64,000 bases of DNA, from contig RQSC01000002.1 in NCBI GenBank assembly GCA_013416795.1, positions 59,442 through 123,441 on the forward strand, written 5' to 3'. The stretch is from Prasinococcaceae sp. CCMP 1430. Taxonomy: Eukaryota; Plantae; Prasinodermophyta. Of the stretch, positions 1 through 9,762 are shown piece after piece. The position numbers were made by a program, and so were the translations under genes. The notes beneath the pieces were generated by a model. The model saw only the letters and a list, made by a program, of their open reading frames with translations, was not told the DNA's origin and searched no databases. The first letter of the stretch is position 1; each line of letters opens with the position of its first letter.

Positions 1-43
<43 letters not shown>

Positions 44-175
44 GCTGTGTGTGTGTGTGTTAGCTGTGTGTGTGCGTCAGCTGTGTGTGTCATGGCTGTG
101 TGTGTGCGTGTGCGTGCGTGTGTGTGTGTGCGTGCGTGTGTGCGGTGTGTGTGTCTGTGTACACGTGTGTGTACG

Positions 176-231
<56 letters not shown>

Positions 232-456
232 GTGCGTGTGCGCAGGCGTGTGTGCCGTGTGTGTGTGTGTGTGTTGATGCATGTGCGTGTGTGTGTGTGT
301 GCCATGTGTGTGTGTGCATGTGCGTTTGTGTGTGTGTGCACGTGTGCCCGTGCGCCCAACCGCGTCAGCGCGCGTCCGACATCGCACACACACACACACA
401 CACGCACACACAAGCACACATACGCGCTCCCCGCCGCCTCGCACGCGCGCACGTAC

Positions 457-619
457 CCCGGCTGGTCGCTGGCCTTCCAGCTGGCGTGGTTGATGGACGA
501 CCTGCTCATCTGCACCTTGAGGATCTGCGTGCCGAGCTGCTGGCCGGTGAGCCCCAGCGCGCTGGCGGCGGCCGCCTGTCGGAGCGGTGGCGCGCGCGCG
601 TGTGCGTGTGTCAGAGTGC

Positions 620-671
<52 letters not shown>

Positions 672-1495
672 GTGTTTGTGTGCGTATGTGTGCGTGTGCG
701 TGTACGAGCGCGTCGGTCAGCGGGTGTGTGCATGCTCACGCGGCCGCATACGCGTAAACACATGCGCAAAGAGCCACACACGCACATGCGCGCGCACACG
801 CACGCTCACACACACGCGCGCGCGCGCGCGCGAGCGTGGGCTTGGGTGCGGCGAGCTCCCGCACGCGCGTGCACAGCTTGCACGCGGACGTGCTCACTCA
901 AGCACGCTCTTTCACACCACGCAAACACACGCACACACGAACACACACACACACGCACACACACACACGCACACGCACACACAGACAGACACACACAGAC
1001 AGACAGACACGCACCGGCGAGTCGAACTCCACCCAGGCGAAGCGCGGCGGGGGGCTGCTGGCGGGGCTGGTGCGCACGGCCTCGACGGCGCCGCACGCCG
1101 AGAAGTACTGCACGAGGTGGGCCTCGGTGATGCCCTGGTCGATGTTGGTGACGTGCACCGTCCGCGCCGCGCGCGCGGGGTCGGCCGCAGGGCGTCAGTC
1201 GCATGGATGAGGAACGTCAAGGGAACCGCGTGTCGCGCCTGCGCGCGCGCGCGCGCGCGCGTGCGCGTGCGTGCGCGCGTGTGTGTGTGAGTGTCAGCGC
1301 GCGCGGGCGCACGCGTGCGAGCGTCCACACACGCGCACGAACGCACACGCTGGTGTACACACGCACGCACGCACGCGCGTGTACACACACACGCGCGCGA
1401 ATGCGCACGCGCTCGCGCACACACGCACACACGCGAATGCACACACACACAAACGCTTTCACACACGCTCGCACAGACGCGCACGCGTACACGCG

Positions 1496-1545
<50 letters not shown>

Positions 1546-1570
1546 AATACACACACACACACGCACACAC

Positions 1571-1612
<42 letters not shown>

Positions 1613-2014
1613 TCGCACACACGCACCTGGCGCGCCGTATCCTCCCTGCGCCCCCCCCTGCGCGCGCGGCGGGCGCGAGGGCGCCCCGCCGATGAACGAG
1701 AGCGTGGGCGTGTTGATGGAGCTCTTCGCCATGGAGACCTTGAGCTGCCTGTCCTGCAGCGTGATGCCGTTGAGCATGACGGCGGTCTGCGCCTGCTGCG
1801 GGTAGGCGAACTCGACGAAGGCGAAGCGCGCCGAGTAGCCGTCCGCCTTGCCCGCCAGCCGGATCTGCGTCACCTGCCCGCAGTGCACGAAGAGCGCGTT
1901 GAGCGTGTGCTCGTCCACGCCCTGCGGGATGCCGCCCACGTACACGGTGCGCGCGGCGGCCTCCGGGTTGTTCGCCGGAGGCGCCGAGCCCATGTGCGAC
2001 GGCATCGCCGACAT
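457..2014 (-). CDS. Two-RRM RNA-binding protein, CID8-13 (PABP-interacting)-like; 3' end runs off the window
   Basis: Exons 2014-1627 (ARTVYVGGIPQGVDEHTLNALFVHCGQVTQIRL...RFAFVEF), ~1184-1015 (ARTVHVTNIDQGITEAHLVQYFSACG...RFAWVEF) and 575-457 (ASALGLTGQQLGTQILKVQMSRSSI). GT donors are phase-compatible. The exon-2 acceptor is ambiguous (see findings). Confidence 0.8.
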
Positions 2015-2035
2015 CCTCGCGACGCAGCGGTGCGT

Positions 2036-2073
<38 letters not shown>

Positions 2074-2378
2074 GTGCGTGTGCGTGTGTGTGTGTGTGTG
2101 CGCGTGTGTGCGTGTCTGTGCGCGTGTGCGCGTCAACCTAAGGCGCGCGCGTTGGGGGGCGCCGGCCGCCGCGCGCGGTGTGACGCGCGCCAGCCCGCGC
2201 GCGCACGCGCGCACACACACACACGCACACACACACACACGCCCGCACACGCACGCCTTCCCACTGCGGACGGACACGCGCACGCACATACGCGCATGCA
2301 CGCGCCCGCGCCCGCACACGCGCACAGCACACACACACACACAGCGCACAGCACACGCGCCTCGCGCCCTCGCACGTA

Positions 2379-2460
2379 CCCTAACCCTAAGACCTCGCAC
2401 GCACCCCGAACCTCGCACGAAGGCATGCACGCACGCGAGGAGCACGCTCGATTTAGGGTT
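2379..2460. promoter_or_regulatory. Telo-box/telomere-like motifs (CCCTAACCCTAA and TTTAGGGTT) in a divergent intergenic region
   Basis: CCCTAACCCTAA at 2379-2390 and TTTAGGGTT at 2452-2460, between the RRM and BED-PRPS genes. AAACCCTAAA also occurs at 59009-59018. Confidence 0.4.
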
Positions 2461-2529
2461 GGCGAGGGCCTCGAGCCGCCGCGCGCACGCGCACACGCAC
2501 ACACGCACACACGCACACACACGCACACG

Positions 2530-2566
<37 letters not shown>

Positions 2567-3275
2567 ACGCGCACACGCACGCACGCGCACGCACGCGCAT
2601 ACGCCCGCACTCCCGCACACTCAAAACATTTCACGCAGGGCAATTTCGCAACCCCCGGGGCAATTTCGCGTGCCCTTATGCCGTCGAAAACTTTACGTCA
2701 TTTTGAATTCACATCAGCAGACCTCACGTTCATACATGTCATTCTATGCTTTGAGCACGCGTATATGAATGAATTGAATTCTCGGCACTTGCAGAACCTC
2801 ACCCGAAAAAGACATCTAAATATGCTTGCAAGACACTTTCCCGTGGCTATCGTATGTTATTGTTCATTTTACATTTCAAGCGCATGTGATGTCGAAATAA
2901 CGAGCGCGCCTTCGGCGCGCCCCATCGAGCGGTTGCCCGCAGCCGCACTCGGCGGCCGATCGATGCGCGCGCGCTCTGGCGGCGAGGGTTGATGCGCGTG
3001 CGTGCGCGTGTGCGCACGTGTGCGTGTGTGTACGCTCGTGTGTGCGTGTGTGTGCGTGTGTCTGTGTGTGTGTGTATCTGTGTGTGTGTCTGTGTCTGTG
3101 TGTGTGTAAGCGTGCTCGTGTGTGTGTGTGTGAGTGTGAGTGTGAGCGTGCTCGTGTGTGTGTGAGTGTGTGAGCGTGCTCGTGTGTGCGTGCGTGTGCG
3201 TGCGTGCGCGTGCGTGCGTGTATCCACCCGCGGCCAGCGCCCGCGCCACACCGGCCCGAGCGCGCGCTCCCGCCG

Positions 3276-3525
3276 ATGGCCGCCGTCGCCGCGGCGGGCA
3301 CTGACGCGTCAGAGGCGCCCGCGCCGCTCCCCGCGCGCGCGCCCGGGCAGGAGCGCGAGACGCCCGCGCACTCGCACTCGTGGATCTGGAGGCTCGGGGA
3401 CGTGCAGCTCAGCGGGCTCCTGCGCTGCCTCGACAGGGGAGAGGCCGCAAAGGCAGGCAAAGGTGTGTGTGTGTGTGTGCGTGCGTGTGTGTGTGTGTGT
3501 GCACGTGTGTGTGTGTGTGTGTGTT

Positions 3526-3563
<38 letters not shown>

Positions 3564-4117
3564 TGCGCGCATGCGATGGTCGCTCGCTCGCTCGCTCGGA
3601 GATGCGCATCTGACCGGCTTGGCCTGAACTCGCGGTCACACGTACGCGCACACACACGCGCGCACACACACACGCGCGCGCGCGCGCGCACACGCACACG
3701 CGCGCGCAGGCGAGCGCGTCCGCATCGCCCACGCGTGCAACCTGTGCCTGCCGCTGAGCGCGCCCGACCCGCCGCCCAGCGAGTGGACCGTCGCCAACGG
3801 CGTGTACGCGTGGAACAGCACCACCACGCGGATGGCCAAGCACCTCGCCAGGGACCACAGGGCGGAGATCAACAAGTGCGGGCGCGCGCGCGCGCGCGTG
3901 CGTACATGTGTGTGTGCGTGTGTGCGTGTGTGTGTATGTGTGTGTGTGTGTGTGTGCGTGCGTGTGTGCGCGCGCGCGTGTGTGTGTGTGCGTGTGTGTA
4001 CGGGGGCGCGCGCGCGTGCTTGCCTTGCTACGCACGTGCTCCATCGCAGACGGTGTGTTGCGCTCTGCCGGCGGTTGCTGACGGACGCGCACGTGCACAC
4101 GCACGTCAAATCGCACA

Positions 4118-4213
<96 letters not shown>

Positions 4214-4407
4214 CACGCAGCGGTGGGGGCGGCGGGGGTGGTGAGGGTGACGGCGGTATCGGGGGCGGCGGGGGCGGAGGCGGCGGGGGTGGGGGCGGCG
4301 GGGGCGGGGGCGGGGGAGCAGGCGGCGACGCGAATGCGGGCGACGCAGGTGAGTGCCTTGGCGTGAACACGAGGGCGTGTGTGTGTGCGTGGGCGGTGTG
4401 CGTGCGC

Positions 4408-4477
<70 letters not shown>

Positions 4478-4835
4478 GTGAGTGTGTGTGTGTCTGCGAT
4501 CGCAAGCGTACGCACACCCGAGCGCACGCACACGTACCGGCACATGAGTACGCTGACACGTTTGGTGACACACACCAAACACGCACGCACACACACACAC
4601 ACACACACGTGCGCACACACAAGGCGGCGGCGTCGGCAGCGCGCCCCCTGCGGACGGCGGCGCGAGCGCGCCGTCGCGGCCGCGCCCCGCGCTTGTGTTC
4701 TCGTCGATTCGCAGCGGGTACCTCGGCGACCTCGTCTGCGCGCGCATCGGCGGGGAGCGCCGCGGCATCGTGCGCAAGAACTTCGCGGACGGAGAGGTGC
4801 GCGCGTAGACGCACGCACGCACACGCGCAAGGGCG

Positions 4836-4869
<34 letters not shown>

Positions 4870-4978
4870 AAGGCGCGCATCCTCACACACTCGCGCTCGT
4901 CTGATGACACCAGGGAGCTCGGCTCTGACACCGTCCGCACTTGCGCTTGCGCTGCTGCACAAACACACACACACACGC

Positions 4979-5018
<40 letters not shown>

Positions 5019-6609
5019 CAACACACACACGCGCTTGCAGAGCTACTACCGCATCGACGTCGAGGACCGCTTCGAGCTGGTGGGGCGCGACGTCGTGTAC
5101 GTGGCCTCGACGGAGGAGGACGCCCAGTTCCTCGAGCTCGTCCGGGTGGGCTGCGCGCTGGCGGCGTACGGCGCCAGGCGACGGATCTTCGTCATCCCGT
5201 TCATGGGGTACTCCACCATGGAGCGGCAGGTGCGTGCTAGTGTGTGTGTGTGTGCGTGTGAGCGTGTGTGTGTGTATGTGTGTGTGTGTATGTGTCTGTT
5301 TGTGTATGTGCGTGTGTGCGTGTTTGTCGGTGTGCTGCGTGTGTGTGAGAGTGTGTGTGTGTGTGTGTGCGTGCGTGCTCAGTTGTGTGTGCGAGCGACC
5401 GCGTGCGCATGTGTGTGAGCTCATGCGCGTGTGTGTACCCTTGCGCAAGCCCGTACACGCGCGCACATTCGCGCTTGTCTGACGCGACTCCTCGCCCCGG
5501 ACGCGCAAACACGCGCGCCCGCTCTCGCAGGTGCTCCCCGGCGAGGTGATCACCGCCAAGGCCAACGCGCGCATGATGAGCGCCATCCCCAACACGCAGC
5601 TGGGCAACTGCTTCATGCTGATGGACCTGCACACGCAGGGACTACTTCAGGTGTGTGTGTGTGTGTGTGTGTGTGTGCGGACGCGTCTGTGGCTGTGCGT
5701 GTGTGTGTGTGTGTCTGCGTGCGTGCATTTGGAGTGAGCGTGTGGAGTGAGCGTGTGCCTGGGCGACGATGTGTGCGTGCGTGCATGCGGGCGGGCATCC
5801 CGAACGTGCACCTGACGCGAGCCGCCCCGAACACACACACACACGCACACGCACACACACACGCACACGCACACACACATACACACACACATACACACAC
5901 ACACACGCACACACACTCACTTACACGCGCGCGCGCTGCAGTACTTCGAGGGCCCCTGCCTGAAGGAGGAGCTCTACGCCGAGGCGGAGCTCGTGCGTGG
6001 CATCGAGAAGCACGTGCCCGAGGCGCTCGACGGCGGCGGCTCCATCACATTCGCCAGCGCCGACCTGGGCAGGCCGCTGTGGGTGCAGTCCTTCGCGAAG
6101 TGCGTGTGGTCGCGCGCGTGTGTGTGTTTGTGTTTGCGCGCGCGCGTGAGTAGTGCACGCACGCACGAGCGCTCACAGCTGACGCAAGCCACGCCGCGCA
6201 CACACACACACGCCCCCCCCCCCACACACATGCGCACACACGCGCGCGCGCGCACGCACACCCACTCGCAGGCGCTTCGGCGCGCGCATGGCGTTCGTGC
6301 AGAAGGACCGCACCGACGCGGGCACCTCCGTCGCCAACGTCATCGGCGACGTGTCGGGCTCGCACGTGATAATATACGACGACATGACGCGCTCGGGCGG
6401 CACGCTCATCAACGCGGCCAAGGCGTACCTCGACAACGGCGCGTCGCGCGTCACCGCCGTGCTCTCGCACTTCGCGCTGCAGGTGAGGACGCGGAGCGAG
6501 CGCGCGCGCACGCACACACACATGCCCGTGCATGCACGCGTGCATGGGGGTTTGCACTCGCGCATGACCACGCATGTGCACTGACGCGTACGCGTGCCCC
6601 TGCGCCTGT

Positions 6610-6656
<47 letters not shown>

Positions 6657-7029
6657 GCGCCCCGCAGAACGAGACGGCCATCGACAAGATGCTCAACACC
6701 GACGCCATCTCGCTGGTCATCTCCACCAACACGCACCCCGCCTCGCAGCACGCCAAGGTGCGCCGCAGCGACGCGTCTACCGCCTCGCGTGCACGCGTGT
6801 GTCTGAAGCTGACGCTGGGGTGGGCGCATTCACACGCACACACACACGCACACACACACACACACACACACGCACACACACACACACACACACACGCACG
6901 CGCACACGCACGCGCACACGCACCCTCACGCTCACCCAGGTTCGCGCGAGCCCCAAGTTCGTCATCCTCGACGTGGCGCACGTCTTCGCCGACAACATCG
7001 CCGCGCTCATCGCGGGCGGCAGCGGGTAG
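3276..7029 (+). CDS. Ribose-phosphate pyrophosphokinase (PRPP synthetase, class II-like) with N-terminal BED zinc finger and poly-Gly linker; 10 exons, ~503 aa
   Basis: Exons 3276-3462, 3710-3875, 4221-4348, 4624-4796, 5041-5229, 5531-5650, 5942-6099, 6272-6482, 6668-6757, 6940-7029 are all GT-AG and phase-consistent (1512 nt). PRPS motifs: [49 protein letters not shown]-like motif: SWIW...CNLC...[14 protein letters not shown]. Confidence 0.88.
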
Positions 7030-7400
7030 GACGCGCGCGCGCTCGTGCGCGCGCGAGCGTGTCGGCGCGTGCGGAGGCAAGAAGGCGGGGGAGATGGGGT
7101 GGGGGATGTGGGAGATGGGGTGGGGTGGGGTGGGGTGGGCAGCACAGGGGAGGGGTAGATTGGGTGGGGTGGGGGTAGTGGGGGGGGAGAAGAAGGGGGG
7201 GATGCGCCGCAGCGCCGGTGCGCGTCAGGGCGGCCAGTAAGATCATCCGAGAGCGGACCGGCGCGAGGACGGGTGGCAAGCGTGTGCTCGAGTAGATGCT
7301 GTGCGTGTGTGTGCGTGTGTGCGTGTGTGCTTGCATATGCGTGTGTGTGCATGCATATGCGTGTGTGTTTGTGTGTGTGAGTGTGTGTAACAGCCGATTC

Positions 7401-7997
7401 CAAAAATTCGCCAGCAGCGGCAGTTTTGCGCGTGCACGCGTGCGGCCTGCGCGAGTGCGCCACAGCGCGCGCGTCGCGCGGCACCCCGTCGAGCCCGCGC
7501 GGCGAGTGCACCGCTCAGCCCATGGCGCGGACGGACACGCCCCCCGCAGCCTCTCCCGCCTCTCCCGCCTCCCCCGCGGGCGCCCTGTTCGCCGCCCGCG
7601 GAGCTGCTCGAGCTCTCGCCGCTCTGAGGCGCTCCTCCGAGCCTCCGCTGGCACCTGTCGAGCGAGCCTCGCCCGCGGCATCCCCCGCCAGTTGTCCTCC
7701 GTGCCTGGCGACGGGAGAGGCCACAGCCGCCGCCGCCATCGCTGCTGACGACGCGGAGGCCGCCGGGGCCGACGCCGGCGACGTCGTTGCTGCTGCAGAC
7801 GTTGCTGAAGCTGGCGGTGTTGAGGCTGACGAAGCAGTCAATGCTGCCGGCGCTGATGAAGCCGGTGCCGACGTCGTTGTTGGTGCTGGCCGTGCCGGGT
7901 CCGAGCGCGATGCGGCAATGCCCGAGGCTGTTACGCCGCGCGCCATCGCTGCCGCTGGGCGCACTCAAGCCGACGCTGACAAGGCCGTCGCCGCTGC
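7401..7997 (+). repeat. Duplicated block A (upstream region + Ala-rich coding leader), copy 1; copy 2 at ~9229-9640
   Basis: AAAAATTCGCCAGC..GGCAGTTTTGCGCGTG...CTCAGCCCATGGCG and the downstream coding sequence recur at 9229-9640. Copy 2 lacks about 170 nt internally. Confidence 0.9.
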
Positions 7998-8790
7998 CGG
8001 CTGCGCCCCAGCCGAGCAGCGTGCCGCGCCGCGCGTCGGCGCGGCAGTGCCCGAGGCTGTGACGCTCAACGCGTCGTTCGCGTCGCACACCCGCTGCCGC
8101 ACCCTCTTGCCCGCGCGAGAGTCGGCCAAGGGCACGATCGTTTGGCAGATCGAGGGGGTGGACGAGAGCACCCTGCGCGACTGGCCCTTCAATGTCAGCC
8201 TCGAAAGCGCGGCTTTCAGCGTCGCGGGCATCAGCTGGCGCGTGCATGCGTACCTGAACGGCGTCATTGACCCGGAGGCGAGGACGGGGTGGGACAAGGG
8301 AGCCGTCGTCGCCTTCGTGGGCATTGAGACGCCCGGTCTGTGTGCCGAAGCATCGTACTCCATCGCCGTCGCGGAGGGATCGCCCAAGGGGCCTGACAAC
8401 AAGATCAAGTTTGGCATTGCTCCAGACGGCGGTCACCTCAAAGGGTGCAGCCGGCGCCGGGGCGGATCCTCACGCTCCTGGAGGCACGCCGCCCTGGTGA
8501 GGAGCGGGGCGATCGACGACGGCGTGCTCACCATTCAGGCTGAGATAGTGGACCAAGTGATTCACGCCGTCGCACCTCCGGAGAGCCTTCCCACCACGCT
8601 GGTGGACACCCCCGAGACAGCCGCGCAGTCCAAGGCGCTGTGCGCGCCGAAAGGTTGCGCGGAGGCCTGCCCCGTGCAGCCCGTAGCCACAACTGGAGCT
8701 GTCGCCGAGGGCGACGACCCTGTTGAGTGTGTCCCGCCGCGAAAGCGCACGCGTACAAATGGGCACTCGATACACACCTGTCCGCTGTGA
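7522..8790 (+). CDS. MATH/TRAF-domain protein with low-complexity Ala-rich N-terminus
   Basis: Intronless ORF. The segment GTIVWQIEGV...SAAFSVAGISWRVHAYLNG...VVAFV...ASYSIAV...GAIDDGVLTIQAEIV fits the MATH beta-sandwich pattern. Basic PPRKRTR near the C-terminus. Confidence 0.65.
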   Translation: MARTDTPPAASPASPASPAGALFAARGAARALAALRRSSEPPLAPVERASPAASPASCPPCLATGEATAAAAIAADDAEAAGADAGDVVAAADVAEAGGVEADEAVNAAGADEAGADVVVGAGRAGSERDAAMPEAVTPRAIAAAGRTQADADKAVAAAGCAPAEQRAAPRVGAAVPEAVTLNASFASHTRCRTLLPARESAKGTIVWQIEGVDESTLRDWPFNVSLESAAFSVAGISWRVHAYLNGVIDPEARTGWDKGAVVAFVGIETPGLCAEASYSIAVAEGSPKGPDNKIKFGIAPDGGHLKGCSRRRGGSSRSWRHAALVRSGAIDDGVLTIQAEIVDQVIHAVAPPESLPTTLVDTPETAAQSKALCAPKGCAEACPVQPVATTGAVAEGDDPVECVPPRKRTRTNGHSIHTCPL

Positions 8791-8929
8791 GCCTTCCAGC
8801 GCCGCCTCGTGAGCATTCACACGCGGCACAGGCTGTCCATGCGGCCTCGATTCTGCAATGCCGCAACACAACATCGCTCTACGATACTCTACCCTGCTCT
8901 ACAATGCCCTACACGACCCAACGAGGCAA

Positions 8930-9232
8930 TTCTACGACACGCTGCATTACTGCACCACAAGACAGCCTCCTGCAACACAACCTACGCTACGCATGCGTGC
9001 CCCTACAACACACAAACGCGACGATGCTGAGACCATCCCCACTACCTGCACGGGCGCAGACAGGCCCGCTCGCTCGCGCGTGCGCCCGCCGCCTGGCGTG
9101 CCGCCGCTGCGCGCGAGCTTCAGCGTCGCGCCGCCTGTGCGCGCGCGTGGCCCCTCCTCGCGTCGGTGGCGCCTGCCTCTTTTAAACAAACAATTTCTTC
9201 GTCACTTTCAGTTTGGATCGAACATTTGAAAA
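8930..9232 (+). repeat. Duplicated block B (intergenic), copy 1; copy 2 at ~9901-10200
   Basis: TTCTACGACAC...GACGATGCTG..CCCCACTACCTGCACGGGCGCAGACAGGCCCG...GGCGCCTGCCTCTTT..AAACAATTTC..TCACTTTCAGTT recurs at 9901-10200. Confidence 0.9.
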
Positions 9233-9348
9233 ATTCGCCAGCGACGGCAGTTTTGCGCGTGCGCGCGTGCGGCCTGCGCGAGTGCGCCACAGCGCGCGCG
9301 TCGCGCGGCGCCCCGTCGAGCCCGCGTGGAAGGTGTACACCTCAGCCC

Positions 9349-9762
9349 ATGGCGCAGCCGGACACGACCCCCGCCGCCTCTCCCGCCTCTCCCGCGGGCG
9401 CCTTGTTTGCCAACCGCGGAGCTGCTCGAGCTCATGCTGCAGACGTCGCTGACGCTTGCGGTGTTGAGGCTGACAAAGCAGTCAATGCTGCCGGCACTGA
9501 TGACGCCGGTGCCGACGTCGTTGTTGCCGCTGGCTGTGCCGAGGCCGAGCGCGATGCGGCGGTGCCCGAGGCTGTTACGCCGCGCGCCATCGCTGCCGCT
9601 GGGCACGCCGACGCCGGCGCTGACAGGGCCGTCGCCGCTGCGCGTGAGCCCGCCGCCTGTGGTGTCGCCGCTGAGCTCGAGGACCAGCGGCGCCGCCTGG
9701 CGCGCGCGCGTGAGATTTTGACCGCGCTGGAAAGCGTGTACGCGTGGCACGTGAATGAATAA
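9349..9762 (+). CDS. Short paralog of the MATH gene: same N-terminal leader, different helical C-terminus (137 aa); may be a pseudogene
   Basis: ATG is at the homologous position. MAQPDTTPAASPASPAGALF...AAVPEAVTPRAIAAAG matches the 7522 ORF, then the sequence ends in ELEDQRRRLARAREILTALESVYAWHVNE. Confidence 0.5.
   Translation: MAQPDTTPAASPASPAGALFANRGAARAHAADVADACGVEADKAVNAAGTDDAGADVVVAAGCAEAERDAAVPEAVTPRAIAAAGHADAGADRAVAAAREPAACGVAAELEDQRRRLARAREILTALESVYAWHVNE

Larger units (their letters stand above)
1..7390. repeat. Dense (TG)n/(CA)n microsatellite compartment filling introns and intergenic DNA
   Basis: Directly visible: long TG and CA runs, with CG dinucleotide runs, between short high-GC3 exons. 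These repeats generate the CV/HT-rich ORFs in the ORF track. Confidence 0.97.

Noticed and set aside
3710-3875. hAT transposon suggested by the BED finger
   Set aside because: No transposase catalytic or dimerisation domain, TIRs or TSDs are visible; the exon splices in frame to PRPS.
1-7400. Many long ORFs rich in CVCV/HTHT/ARAR
   Set aside because: They are translations of TG/CA/CG dinucleotide repeats that lack stops. The real coding exons are the short segments listed in the features.
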